From an uncultured Pseudomonadales bacterium (GTDB lineage Bacteria; Patescibacteriota; Microgenomatia; UBA1400; PJMF01), in the NCBI GenBank assembly GCA_964412775.1, contig CAYPPX010000003.1, forward strand, positions 75,467 to 139,466: a stretch of 64,000 nt of DNA, read 5' to 3'. The notes beneath the pieces were generated by a model that saw only the letters and a program-made list of their open reading frames with translations, had not been told where the DNA came from and did not search any database. Numbering within the stretch: position 1 is the first letter of the stretch; each line of letters opens with the position of its first letter. This document shows, one piece after another, positions 50,513-60,208 of this stretch. The position numbers and the translations under genes were made by a program.

Positions 50513-51460
50513 GTGACAGAAAACATTTTAATTACTGGTGGCACGGGTTTTGTTGGAACTCATTTAGTCAAAGAACTTATTAATCAAGGCACTGACCCCA
50601 AACAAATTCACGTTACGACTTTGAAAAAAAGCGCTCCTCATTATTTGGGTAATTTAATTCCAAACTCTAATTTTCATGAAGCTGATCTAACTAAATCTGA
50701 TGTCGTAATGAATTTATTCAACTCACTTCGTCCTGCATTTATTTATAACTTGGCTGGGTTTTCTTCTCAAGGAGCTAGTTTAGAAAAAAAAAGTTTAACT
50801 TTATCAGTCAACACCATGATTCAACTTAATGCTTTAGAAGCTATGGTTGCCTTTACCCCGAACTCAAGACTCCTTTCAATTGGCAGTGGCACTGAATACG
50901 CTCCATCAAACAAGCCACTCAAAGAAACTGACCCACTTGGCCCGAGTAATCCTTATGCTATTTCTAAAGTTACTCAAGATATGTTGGCTGGTAGTTATGC
51001 TGCTCAAGGTTTAGACATTGTCAGAGTTAGACCGTTTAACCATATTGGAGAATACCAAGAAAGAGGTTTTGTTGTGGCCGATTTTGCCTACCAAATTACT
51101 CAAGAAATAGAAAAAGGTCTAAAAGATAACATCAACGTTGGTAACCTTGATGTTAGAAGAGATTTCACTGATGTTATTGATATTGTTAAAGGTTATATAT
51201 TGTTAATGAAGGTAGCTAAATCTGGAGAAATCTACAATCTAGGTAGCGGTAAAGATATCTCAATTTTAGAACTTTTAAAAAAACTTCAAGACCTTTCAAC
51301 GGTAGAGTTTCAAATTAATATTGATGATAGTAAAAAACGAAAAAATGAAAATGATCTAAGTGTGGCTGATATTTCCAAAATTAAACAACTAGGCTGGGAA
51401 CCAACAATCCCACTCGACATCACCCTAGAAAGAATAGTAAAGTGGTGGAGAGAAAAATAG
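50513..51460 (+). CDS. NAD-dependent epimerase/dehydratase, GDP-4-keto-6-deoxy-D-mannose reductase (Rmd)-like
   Basis: ILITGGTGFVGTHL, YAISK (YxxxK), RPFNHIGEYQ. Sits immediately upstream of gmd. Confidence 0.5.
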   Translation: MTENILITGGTGFVGTHLVKELINQGTDPKQIHVTTLKKSAPHYLGNLIPNSNFHEADLTKSDVVMNLFNSLRPAFIYNLAGFSSQGASLEKKSLTLSVNTMIQLNALEAMVAFTPNSRLLSIGSGTEYAPSNKPLKETDPLGPSNPYAISKVTQDMLAGSYAAQGLDIVRVRPFNHIGEYQERGFVVADFAYQITQEIEKGLKDNINVGNLDVRRDFTDVIDIVKGYILLMKVAKSGEIYNLGSGKDISILELLKKLQDLSTVEFQINIDDSKKRKNENDLSVADISKIKQLGWEPTIPLDITLERIVKWWREK

Positions 51461-51472
51461 AGAGGTATTTTT

Positions 51473-52450
51473 ATGAAAAAAGCTTTTATTACTGGTATTA
51501 CTGGCCAAGATGGCTCTTACTTGGCTGAGTTATTACTCGAAAAAGGTTATCAAGTCTACGGTTTAACTAGAAGAACTAGTACCCAAACTTTTTCTAGAAT
51601 TAAACACATTGTTCATGACCCTAATCTCAAATTGATTTCTGGTGATTTAGTTGACCAACACTCACTTACTTTTGCTTTAAAAGAAATCCAACCAGATGAA
51701 ATTTATAACTTAGCTGCTCAATCATTTGTTCAGGCTTCTTGGGAACAACCGGTTTTAACTGGTGAATTTACTGGTCTGGGTGTCACCAGAATGTTAGAAG
51801 CCATGAGACTTGCCGCACCAAATGCCAAGTTCTACCAAGCTAGCTCGAGTGAAATGTTTGGTAAAGTTAGAGAAACACCCCAAACAGAAATGACTCCGTT
51901 CTATCCAAGATCACCATATGGTGTCGCTAAAGTTTATGGCCATTGGATCACCGTTAATTATCGTGAATCTTATGACATGTTTGCTGTTTCTGGTATTTTA
52001 TTTAATCACGAGTCACCCCGCAGAGGTTTAGAATTTGTTACTAGAAAAATTGCTAACGGTGTTGCCAGGGTTAAACTTGGCAAACAACCACATATTGAGC
52101 TTGGTAATTTAGATGCCAAACGCGACTGGGGGTATGCTAAGGATTATGTTAAGGCAATGTGGTTGATGCTCCAACAAACTGAGCCAGATGACTTCGTAGT
52201 CGCTACTGGAGAAACCCACTCTGTTAGAGAGTTTTTACAACTGGCTTGTAAAGCTGCAAATTTACCAGATTGGGAAGCTGTTTATAAACATAACCCACTT
52301 TATGATCGGCCAGCTGAAGTTGATTTGCTGATTGGTGACCCAAGCAAAGCCAAAGAAAAACTTGGTTGGGAGCCATCAATTGATTTCGAAGAACTAGTAA
52401 AAATTATGGTTCAATCTGAACTTGAGGAAGAAAGTAAAATCAAAGACTAA
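51473..52450 (+). CDS. gmd: GDP-mannose 4,6-dehydratase
   Basis: [48 protein letters not shown], a textbook Gmd signature. Confidence 0.85.
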   Translation: MKKAFITGITGQDGSYLAELLLEKGYQVYGLTRRTSTQTFSRIKHIVHDPNLKLISGDLVDQHSLTFALKEIQPDEIYNLAAQSFVQASWEQPVLTGEFTGLGVTRMLEAMRLAAPNAKFYQASSSEMFGKVRETPQTEMTPFYPRSPYGVAKVYGHWITVNYRESYDMFAVSGILFNHESPRRGLEFVTRKIANGVARVKLGKQPHIELGNLDAKRDWGYAKDYVKAMWLMLQQTEPDDFVVATGETHSVREFLQLACKAANLPDWEAVYKHNPLYDRPAEVDLLIGDPSKAKEKLGWEPSIDFEELVKIMVQSELEEESKIKD

Positions 52451-52452
52451 CA

Positions 52453-53619
52453 ATGACTCAAAAAAAAGCTTTCGTGATTATCCCAACTTACAATGAACGG
52501 GATAATATCGAAAAAACCCTGACCCATGTTTTTGAGAACCTAGCTAAAGTGAAAGATTGGCACACTGGTGTTTTAGTAGTTGATGATACTTCTCCAGATA
52601 AAACCTATGAGTTGGTCAAAAATCTTCAGCAAAAATTTAAAAACCTAGAACTTTTGATCAATAAAAATAAAGCAGGCCTGGGAGGTGCTTATCTGAAAGG
52701 CATGGACTATGCTTTTAACCAGCTCAAAGCTGATTTAGTTTTTGAGTTTGATGCTGACCTATCCCACGATCCAGAAAAATTGCCGTTATTTTTCAACCAA
52801 ATTGACGCTGGTAAAGATATGGTGCTTGGCTCTAGATATATTCCAGGTGGTAGTATTCCAGCTGATTGGGGTATCCACCGCAAATTTTTGAGTGTTGTCG
52901 GCAACATCGTAATCATGATTATCCTAACTAATTTTTCAATCAGAGACTGGACTACTGGTTATAGAGCGATTACTAAAAAAGTTTGGCAATCAGTCCATGA
53001 GGAGCTAAATAGTGAAAGATTCTCTGGTTATACTTTTCAAATTGGCTTCCTTCACAAAGCTGTGCAAAAAGGGTTTAAAATTGGAGAAGTGCCTTTTCAT
53101 TTTAAGGACAGAACTTTTGGTAAAAGTAAAATAGGACCTGAGTACATCAAAAATACTCTTGAATACATTATGAAAGTACGAATCAAAGATTTATTAAAAA
53201 ATAGAATTTTTAGATTTGCTATAGTTGGTGGAATTGGCGCTTTAACCCAATTAACTACTTTGCAACTTTGGCGAGCCATATTTCCTTATCAGCTAGCCTT
53301 TTTCTTGGCTATTGAATGTGCCGTCTTAATGAACTTTACCCTTAGTAATTTGTGGACTTTTGCTGATAGAAAACTCAAACCCACTCAATATCCTGCTAAG
53401 TTTATTCAATTTAACTTGGCCTCATCTGGCTCAATTATTATTCAGCAATTAGTGGCTTTTTTGGGTGAGAATTTTGTCGGTTTATTTGCTCTATTTACTC
53501 TCCCAATCATCAAGCTGACTATTGATACCGGCATGATGTATGCTGTTGCTGGTATTTTGATCGGCATGTTCTGGAATTTTTTTGCCTACAATACTTTTAT
53601 TTGGAAAAAGAAAAAATAA
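52453..53619 (+). CDS. Polyprenol-phosphate mannose/hexose synthase (DPM1/Ppm1-like GT2) fused to C-terminal GtrA-like 4-TM domain
   Basis: AFVIIPTYNERDNI...VVDDTSPDKT...EFDADLSHDP. C-terminal FRFAIVGGIGALTQLTTLQLW is a GtrA-family signature. Confidence 0.7.
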   Translation: MTQKKAFVIIPTYNERDNIEKTLTHVFENLAKVKDWHTGVLVVDDTSPDKTYELVKNLQQKFKNLELLINKNKAGLGGAYLKGMDYAFNQLKADLVFEFDADLSHDPEKLPLFFNQIDAGKDMVLGSRYIPGGSIPADWGIHRKFLSVVGNIVIMIILTNFSIRDWTTGYRAITKKVWQSVHEELNSERFSGYTFQIGFLHKAVQKGFKIGEVPFHFKDRTFGKSKIGPEYIKNTLEYIMKVRIKDLLKNRIFRFAIVGGIGALTQLTTLQLWRAIFPYQLAFFLAIECAVLMNFTLSNLWTFADRKLKPTQYPAKFIQFNLASSGSIIIQQLVAFLGENFVGLFALFTLPIIKLTIDTGMMYAVAGILIGMFWNFFAYNTFIWKKKK

Positions 53620-53625
53620 ATAAAT

Positions 53626-55200
53626 ATGAGCTTATTACCTGCCAATCCCCTCAAAAAGGTATTGTTAGTTGTAATCTTAGCAATTGCTCTATTTTTTCGC
53701 TTCTATAACTTGGAAGGTTCATTACAATTTCAAGGTGACCAGGGAAGAGATGCCATTATTGTTGCTGACATTTTTCGCCTAAAAGACCTAGTTTTTATCG
53801 GTCCGGTTACTAGTGTCGGAAATATGTATTTGGGACCTTTCTACTATTATTTTATGTTGCCATTTTTATGGCTCAGTTATCCAAGTCCAATGGGTCCAGT
53901 TTATGCTGTAGCAATTCTCGGCTTTATTACTGTTTACCTAGTTTACTATTTGGGTAAAAAACTAATTGGTGAAAATGGAGCAATTATTGCTAGCTTTTTT
54001 TATGCTCTTTCAGCAGTAGTCAGCCAAAACACAAGATTTAGTTGGAATCCTAATCCTGCACCATTATTGTCGCTACTAATGCTTTACTTTTCTTACACAG
54101 CTTGGAAAAAAAATCCCAAACACTGGCTATTGGTAGCTGGGTGTTTTAGCTTATTAATCCAGCTCCATTATCTTACTCTCCTCACTTTACCAGCTGCTGG
54201 TTTAATCTGGTTATTAGCTTATAGAGATCAATGGCAAAACAGTAAAAATGATCACAAAAAAAACCTCTGGCAAAAACTATCACCACTGTTGACCCCTAGT
54301 TTCATGGCTATTGGTATCTTTCTATTATCACTAACACCATTAGTCCTTTTTGACCTAAAACATAATGGTAACAATTTAATGGCTTTCCAAAACCTAGTTG
54401 GTAACGAAGACAACTTTAAGTATGCCCCTCAAGAATCAATTGTGACTAAGTTTTTTTCAACGATTAAAGAAAATGAGGGGAGAAGCTTACATATTTTATT
54501 TGAAACTATGATTGGAAAAAATCGAACTCTCAATATTACTCTCCTCTACTTTACTCTCTTTTTTCTTACTGGATTAGTAATCTGGAAAAAAAAGCAAAAA
54601 CAAAATCTAGCTCCACTAACTGTAATCTTGATTTACCTTGTAGTTGGCATTGTCGGTACTTCACTTTATGAACACACTATTTTTGACCACTATATTTCTT
54701 ACCTTTTCCCGATAACTGCTTTAATTTATGGTTTAGTTTTTAGTAACCTTAGACCAAAATTTTTGGGAATAATTGGTTTAATTGCCTTTACTAGCTATTT
54801 TTTCCCTTATAACTGGCAGAAAATGCCAATTAAAACCATGGGTTGGACAGTTAATGATATTAAACTTACCAGTGAAGAAATTCTTAAACATCTTCAACCA
54901 GGAGAAAAATATAACTTAGTTTTACTCTCAGAAAGTAGGGATATTGATGGTCAAAACTATCGCTATTTCTTAACCACCGGTCATACTCGTCCAGTATTTA
55001 CTGAAGAACGAGGTAATGTTGATACCTTAGTAATCATTAATGAAGAAAAAAAACTTGTTGATGTTGTCAGCAATTCACCAATTTATGAGATTGCAACCTT
55101 CCCTAATAAACACATTGCTGAATTTTTTACTATTGCTAACGGACCAGAAATAACTATTCTAAGGAGAACTACACAACCACCTCCAGAAGGTTTAGAATAG
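53626..55200 (+). CDS. GT-C fold glycosyltransferase, PMT/ArnT-like
   Basis: Polytopic, acidic first-loop motif (QGDQGRDAI), C-terminal soluble domain. Confidence 0.55.
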   Translation: MSLLPANPLKKVLLVVILAIALFFRFYNLEGSLQFQGDQGRDAIIVADIFRLKDLVFIGPVTSVGNMYLGPFYYYFMLPFLWLSYPSPMGPVYAVAILGFITVYLVYYLGKKLIGENGAIIASFFYALSAVVSQNTRFSWNPNPAPLLSLLMLYFSYTAWKKNPKHWLLVAGCFSLLIQLHYLTLLTLPAAGLIWLLAYRDQWQNSKNDHKKNLWQKLSPLLTPSFMAIGIFLLSLTPLVLFDLKHNGNNLMAFQNLVGNEDNFKYAPQESIVTKFFSTIKENEGRSLHILFETMIGKNRTLNITLLYFTLFFLTGLVIWKKKQKQNLAPLTVILIYLVVGIVGTSLYEHTIFDHYISYLFPITALIYGLVFSNLRPKFLGIIGLIAFTSYFFPYNWQKMPIKTMGWTVNDIKLTSEEILKHLQPGEKYNLVLLSESRDIDGQNYRYFLTTGHTRPVFTEERGNVDTLVIINEEKKLVDVVSNSPIYEIATFPNKHIAEFFTIANGPEITILRRTTQPPPEGLE

Positions 55201-55210
55201 AAAAATATTT

Positions 55211-55963
55211 ATGAATAAGCCATATTTATCAGTCGTCATTCCCTCATATAATGAAAAAAGTAACCTTGAAAGAAATGTTTTAGATGAAGTCTTGGATTTC
55301 CTCAATAATCAAGATTTTGTTTGGGAGATTATTTTGAGTGATGATGGTAGTACTGATGGCACAGTTGATGAATTAAAAAATTTTGCTAAAAAATCAACAC
55401 AAATTAAAGTTTTAGCTAATAAACATGCTGGCAAAGGACCTACCGTAAAAGCTGGAATGTTAGCAGCCACTGGTGAATGGAGATTATTTACTGACTTTGA
55501 CCAATCTACTCCGCTAACTGAAGTAACCAAACTCCTTAAATACACAAATCAGTATCAAGTCATCTTTGGTTCAAGAGAAATTGCTGGAGCTAGAAGAGAT
55601 AAAGAACCTTTTTATCGTCACTTAATGGGCAGAGGCTTTAACTTATTAGTACAAATCTTGGCAGTTCGTGGAGTTAAAGATACTCAATGTGGCTTCAAAA
55701 TGTTCTCGGCAGAAACAACCGAAAAACTATTTAATAACCTTTATGTTTACGGTGGAAATGAAATTAGAACCGATGCTTTTACTGGCGCTTTTGACGTCGA
55801 ATTACTATTCTTGGCCCGAAAATTTAAAATTCCCTACAAAGAAGTCCCAATTCTTTGGAAACATCATAAAACCGACCGAGTCAGCCCAATTAAAGACTCA
55901 TTAAGAATGTTGAGAGACATCCTAAAAATTAGGCTTGCTTATCTAACTGGTAAGTATCACTAG
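55211..55963 (+). CDS. Soluble GT2, dolichyl/polyprenyl-phosphate hexosyltransferase-like
   Basis: LSVVIPSYNEKSNL...ILSDDGSTDGT...TDFDQSTP, an Alg5/DPM1-like core without a TM region. Confidence 0.6.
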   Translation: MNKPYLSVVIPSYNEKSNLERNVLDEVLDFLNNQDFVWEIILSDDGSTDGTVDELKNFAKKSTQIKVLANKHAGKGPTVKAGMLAATGEWRLFTDFDQSTPLTEVTKLLKYTNQYQVIFGSREIAGARRDKEPFYRHLMGRGFNLLVQILAVRGVKDTQCGFKMFSAETTEKLFNNLYVYGGNEIRTDAFTGAFDVELLFLARKFKIPYKEVPILWKHHKTDRVSPIKDSLRMLRDILKIRLAYLTGKYH

Positions 55964-55967
55964 CTAA

Positions 55968-57203
55968 ATGAAAAAAAACAACTCTTTGTCCAACTTTCCT
56001 TTTGTTTTGCTGTTTTTGGTAAGTGCTCTTTATACTATCTTTTCCTACTCTTTAACTGACCCAAATTTAATTATTAGCTCTTGGAAACCATACTGGTCGT
56101 TTCAGCTATGGATGTGGCAAACCTTTTTTAATAATGCTCAACTACTCAGTTACTCCTTCTTAGCTATTATTAGTTTATTTTTTACAATCTATTTAATTGG
56201 TCTCAATAAAATTAATGGCGAAATCAGTAAAGATTTTATTTTTAAAGTTATTTTGTCGGTTTCACCGTTGTTTTTTAGCTACAATGCCTTGTCTCACGAT
56301 GTTTTTAATTATATGTTTAATGCCAAAATGGTCACCTTATTTCAAGCTGATCCACATATCAAGACTGCTCTAGATTTTTACTACGACGACTGGACAAGAT
56401 TTATGCATAACACCCATACACCAGCCCCATATGGTTATGGTTGGACTATTTTTTCTGTTTTTCCTTATTTACTCGGTTTCCATAAGTTTCTACCAACCTG
56501 GATTATCTTCAAATTACTAGCTTGGTTGAGCTATTATTTACTCTTTCTAGCAACTAAAAGTCTAGTTTTAAAAATCACTAATAAACAACTTACTAACCGT
56601 ACTGCATGGTTAATTTTCGCTAATCCATTAATAATTATTGAAATCCTTTCTAATCTACATAATGATTTATGGATGCTAGTACCAGCAGTGGTTTCATTAA
56701 ACTTAATTATTAAAAAACCAAAAAAATTTCTGGTTTCAACAATTATTCTTTCACTTTTGTTACTAGCCTTTTCGATTACTACCAAGTTAGCCACAATTGT
56801 CTTGGTTCCTTTTTGGTTTTATTGGTTTATTAAATTATTTTTGAACCAGCATAAATTATTTAAAATTTTTGAACCACTCGAAAAGTACCTACCTTTATTA
56901 ATCTCAATTGGCTTGTTTTTACCCCTACTCACTAGTAGATCACAACAATTTCTTCCTTGGTACCTGACTTGGTCAATGATTTGGTTAGTAGTGATTAAAA
57001 GATCTGATTGGAAACATTGGCTTATAGCTTTAAGTTTTACTTCGCTACTTAGATATCTACCTTGGCTACAAACAGGCGGTTTTGAGGGCAGTGTGATTCA
57101 AAACCAAAAACTAATTACTTTTGGTGGAGGCTTAATTATCTTTTTTATTATTCAGCTTGGTTCTTTTTTTAAAACAAAAACTAGCACAAAAGCTGCTCAC
57201 TAG
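55968..57203 (+). CDS. Polytopic membrane protein, possible GT-C-like mannosyltransferase
   Basis: About 10 TM helices. DFYYDDWTRFMH...PAPYGYGW loop motif loosely resembling that of 14042..15214. Confidence 0.35.
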   Translation: MKKNNSLSNFPFVLLFLVSALYTIFSYSLTDPNLIISSWKPYWSFQLWMWQTFFNNAQLLSYSFLAIISLFFTIYLIGLNKINGEISKDFIFKVILSVSPLFFSYNALSHDVFNYMFNAKMVTLFQADPHIKTALDFYYDDWTRFMHNTHTPAPYGYGWTIFSVFPYLLGFHKFLPTWIIFKLLAWLSYYLLFLATKSLVLKITNKQLTNRTAWLIFANPLIIIEILSNLHNDLWMLVPAVVSLNLIIKKPKKFLVSTIILSLLLLAFSITTKLATIVLVPFWFYWFIKLFLNQHKLFKIFEPLEKYLPLLISIGLFLPLLTSRSQQFLPWYLTWSMIWLVVIKRSDWKHWLIALSFTSLLRYLPWLQTGGFEGSVIQNQKLITFGGGLIIFFIIQLGSFFKTKTSTKAAH

Positions 57204-57212
57204 TTACAATAA

Positions 57213-58778
57213 TTGATGATGGAGAAAAAAATAAATAATAGCTTCTGGAAAATCATGATTTTCTTGGTCGTTGGGATTTATTTTTTAACTCACATAACTG
57301 CTTTAACTTTATTACCAGTTTTTGCTGATGAAGCTATTTATATTCGTTGGGCGCAACTGATTATTGATGATTGGCAAAGATACTTATTTTTCTCAATGAA
57401 TGATGGTAAAACTCCCCTGTTTATTTGGTTACTAAATATCGCTTTAAAACTTTGGGATGACCCACTTTACGCCGGTAGAATGGTCTCTGTCCTAGCTGGC
57501 TTAGCTCAATTATTTGTCACTTTAAAATTAGTCAAAAAACTTGGTGGTGGTTTGGTCGCAAAAACTTTAGCTATTTTTTCCGTAATGTTTTTACCATATT
57601 GGTACTTTCATCATCGGATGGCTTTAATGGATAGTTTTTTAACCTTACTTTTATCTACTTCACTTTATTATTTATTAACCAGCTTTACCAGTAAAAAACC
57701 GAAAGATTTACTCTTAGCTGGTGTGTTTTTAGGCCTATCATTATGGACCAAAATTCCCGCTATCTTATTTTTCCCAACAATTATTTTGGCAACTTTGTTA
57801 CCCAACAAAAAAACTCCTTTAGCTAAAAAATTACAACTGAGTGGCTTAGTCATTATTTTAGGAATTAGCTTGTTTGCTACATTAAAACTTAGCCCAACTT
57901 TCCCTCAGCTTTTTAGCAGAGGTGGTGATTTTCTCTACTCAATTCCAGAGCTATTAGAAAAAGGCATTTTTACAATATTTTGGGCTAATAGCCAAAGAAT
58001 TTTTCAAGGTCTATTTAGTTATCTATCATGGCCAATCATGCTATTGCCATTTTTTGGCTTATTCCAAGAAAAACTTAGAAAAACTCATACAGTACTAATC
58101 CTTAGCTTCTTAGGTTTTACCTTGCCAATTTTATTACTGGGTAAAACTATCTACCCCAGATATATTTTACCCAGTATTCTGCCTTTAACCCTATCTGCTG
58201 TCTTATCACTGGAATACATCATTCAGAAAGCTCAAGCAAACATTAACAAACCACTGACTTTTTTCTTACAAACTACTGCCATTATCGTTATCCTCACCAG
58301 TATCGTTCAAATGGCAGTTACCTTTACCTTAATCTCTTGGAAAAACCCTAATTATTTGCCACTTGTACCAATCGATACTTACCAATATCTAGCAGATTGG
58401 GGAGCTGGTAATGGCATTAAAGAAAGCACAGAACTAATGCTTGCCGAAATAAACAAAGGCCACTCTGTAGCTGTTGCTACTGAAGGGCACTTCGGCACTT
58501 TACCTGATGGTGTTTTAATGTATTTGCACAACAAAAATGTCAATAATCTCTTGGTTGAAGGTATTGGACAACCAATCTACAAACTAGAAACAGAGTTTCT
58601 GAACAAATCAAATAATTATGAACAAACCTGGTTATTAGTTAATTCACATCGCCAAGAACTCAAGCTTAAAGAAAACCACCCAAACCTGCTAAAAGCAGAG
58701 TTTTGTAGAATCAAAAATGCACCTTGTTTAGAGTTGTGGGATATTACCACCATCAAAAACGATTTACCAAATAAATAA
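57213..58778 (+). CDS. GT-C fold glycosyltransferase, ArnT/PMT-like
   Basis: LLPVFADEAIYIRWAQ DE motif, polytopic, C-terminal soluble domain. Confidence 0.6.
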   Translation: MMMEKKINNSFWKIMIFLVVGIYFLTHITALTLLPVFADEAIYIRWAQLIIDDWQRYLFFSMNDGKTPLFIWLLNIALKLWDDPLYAGRMVSVLAGLAQLFVTLKLVKKLGGGLVAKTLAIFSVMFLPYWYFHHRMALMDSFLTLLLSTSLYYLLTSFTSKKPKDLLLAGVFLGLSLWTKIPAILFFPTIILATLLPNKKTPLAKKLQLSGLVIILGISLFATLKLSPTFPQLFSRGGDFLYSIPELLEKGIFTIFWANSQRIFQGLFSYLSWPIMLLPFFGLFQEKLRKTHTVLILSFLGFTLPILLLGKTIYPRYILPSILPLTLSAVLSLEYIIQKAQANINKPLTFFLQTTAIIVILTSIVQMAVTFTLISWKNPNYLPLVPIDTYQYLADWGAGNGIKESTELMLAEINKGHSVAVATEGHFGTLPDGVLMYLHNKNVNNLLVEGIGQPIYKLETEFLNKSNNYEQTWLLVNSHRQELKLKENHPNLLKAEFCRIKNAPCLELWDITTIKNDLPNK

Positions 58779-58821
58779 AATTTCAGTTTTTTTTCAGCTT
58801 TGGTCACTATATTAGTGATAT

Positions 58822-59475
58822 ATGCAAACAAAGTTGTTCTCTACTACTCCAATTATTAAACATAGTTTGGCCACCCCTTTAACTAATATTATTTTTAACT
58901 CAGAATTAGCCATAGAAAATCTCAATAAACAACACCATTATTGTCCAAAAAACGAGATTAATAGTGTCAAACTCAATGCCGAATATATCAAATCGGTTTT
59001 ATACCTCAGTGAAAAAAAACAAACTTATATTTTTTCTCCAGAAAAAGCTATCGCTGAGATTATTATGATGAATGACGGTAGTAAGTTAAAGCAAAGCCTA
59101 GTTAGTCGAATATCTCTCCCTTTAAAAAAACACTTATTGGGTAATAAACTCCTTTTTCAAGAAGTAATCGTTTGTTTAATTAATAATGCTTATGAAAGTT
59201 ATCAAAAAAATATTAAAAACAAGCTAGTTTTTCTTAGCGCCATCAGTAAAAATGATTGCTGTGCTATCTCAATTGTTGATGCTGGTAAAGGTATGTCCTG
59301 GTGGGAAAAAAATTTAGCTCAGCTACCTTTTTCTTCAAAAAAGCCACATCACTCTGGCCTGGGTTTATTTTTTGTTAAACAAACCATTGAAAAAGAGTTT
59401 GCCGGAAAAATCCTGATCAACTCAATAAAAAATAAAGGCACTACAATTGAACTAAAAATTCCGTTCTATAACTAA
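58822..59475 (+). CDS. Cytoplasmic sensor-less histidine kinase (HisKA H-box plus HATPase_c)
   Basis: IKHSLATPLTNI H-box. N-box (LINNAYES), G1 (VDAGKGM) and G2 (GLGLFFV) boxes. No TM or sensor domain. Confidence 0.65.
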   Translation: MQTKLFSTTPIIKHSLATPLTNIIFNSELAIENLNKQHHYCPKNEINSVKLNAEYIKSVLYLSEKKQTYIFSPEKAIAEIIMMNDGSKLKQSLVSRISLPLKKHLLGNKLLFQEVIVCLINNAYESYQKNIKNKLVFLSAISKNDCCAISIVDAGKGMSWWEKNLAQLPFSSKKPHHSGLGLFFVKQTIEKEFAGKILINSIKNKGTTIELKIPFYN

Positions 59476-60132
59476 CTGATAACCAAAACCCCGTCTAGTT
59501 TTGATAATTGAATGATACCTGCCTAATTTTTTTCTCAATCTTTTGATATAGACATCAATAGTATTAATCTTAGTTTCACTTTCTGGTTGCCAAAGTTTAG
59601 TAATTAAAGCTTGTTTTGAAACAATACTGCCAGCCGCTCTAAACAAATGCAGGACTAACTCAGTTTCTTTTTTTCTCAGACTGATCTCACCATCAGGAGT
59701 AACCAATAAACCTTTTTCAGGAAAAAAATTGATCTTACCTAGCTCAAACTGTTGATCATTGGTTTGTAACTGAGTTAATTTCAAGATATTTTTTACCTTA
59801 ACTCTTAATTCTGCCAAAGAAAATGGTTTAGTTAAATAATCAATGGCCCCTTTTTCTAAACAAGCAATTTTTTCAAGAAGTTTTTTTTGTTGGGTCAAAA
59901 AAAGGTAATGACAATCTGGTAATAAATCAAGCAAATAATCAAGTAATTCTAATGAGTCTCCATCTGGTAACATTCGATCTAAAATACATAAATCAACTTT
60001 TTGTTTTTCAATAAAACCACAACAACTCTTAATATCACTAAACCAAAAAATCTTTCTACCTTTGGCCTTTAAAGCCTTAATTAGCGTATTGGCTAACTCT
60101 TGGTTATCTTCCAAAATAAGGATTTTTATCAT
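59452..60132 (-). CDS. OmpR-family response regulator (REC plus winged-helix)
   Basis: KILILEDN...DLCILDRMLPDGDS receiver domain. C-terminal ...IKTRRGFGYQL wing motif. Confidence 0.8.
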   Translation of the reverse strand: MIKILILEDNQELANTLIKALKAKGRKIFWFSDIKSCCGFIEKQKVDLCILDRMLPDGDSLELLDYLLDLLPDCHYLFLTQQKKLLEKIACLEKGAIDYLTKPFSLAELRVKVKNILKLTQLQTNDQQFELGKINFFPEKGLLVTPDGEISLRKKETELVLHLFRAAGSIVSKQALITKLWQPESETKINTIDVYIKRLRKKLGRYHSIIKTRRGFGYQLVIERNF

Positions 60133-60148
60133 CGTGATTCCTCTGGTA

Positions 60149-60175
60149 TACTATGTACTTGCTCTTTACATAGTA
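60149..60175. promoter_or_regulatory. Perfect 9-bp inverted repeat TACTATGTA-N9-TACATAGTA upstream of the response-regulator gene
   Basis: Read directly from the sequence. Lies between the regulator start (60132) and tRNA-Gln. Candidate operator. Confidence 0.35.
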
Positions 60176-60208
60176 AGCTTAAAACATAAAGCTGAAAAAA
60201 AGCTGAAA

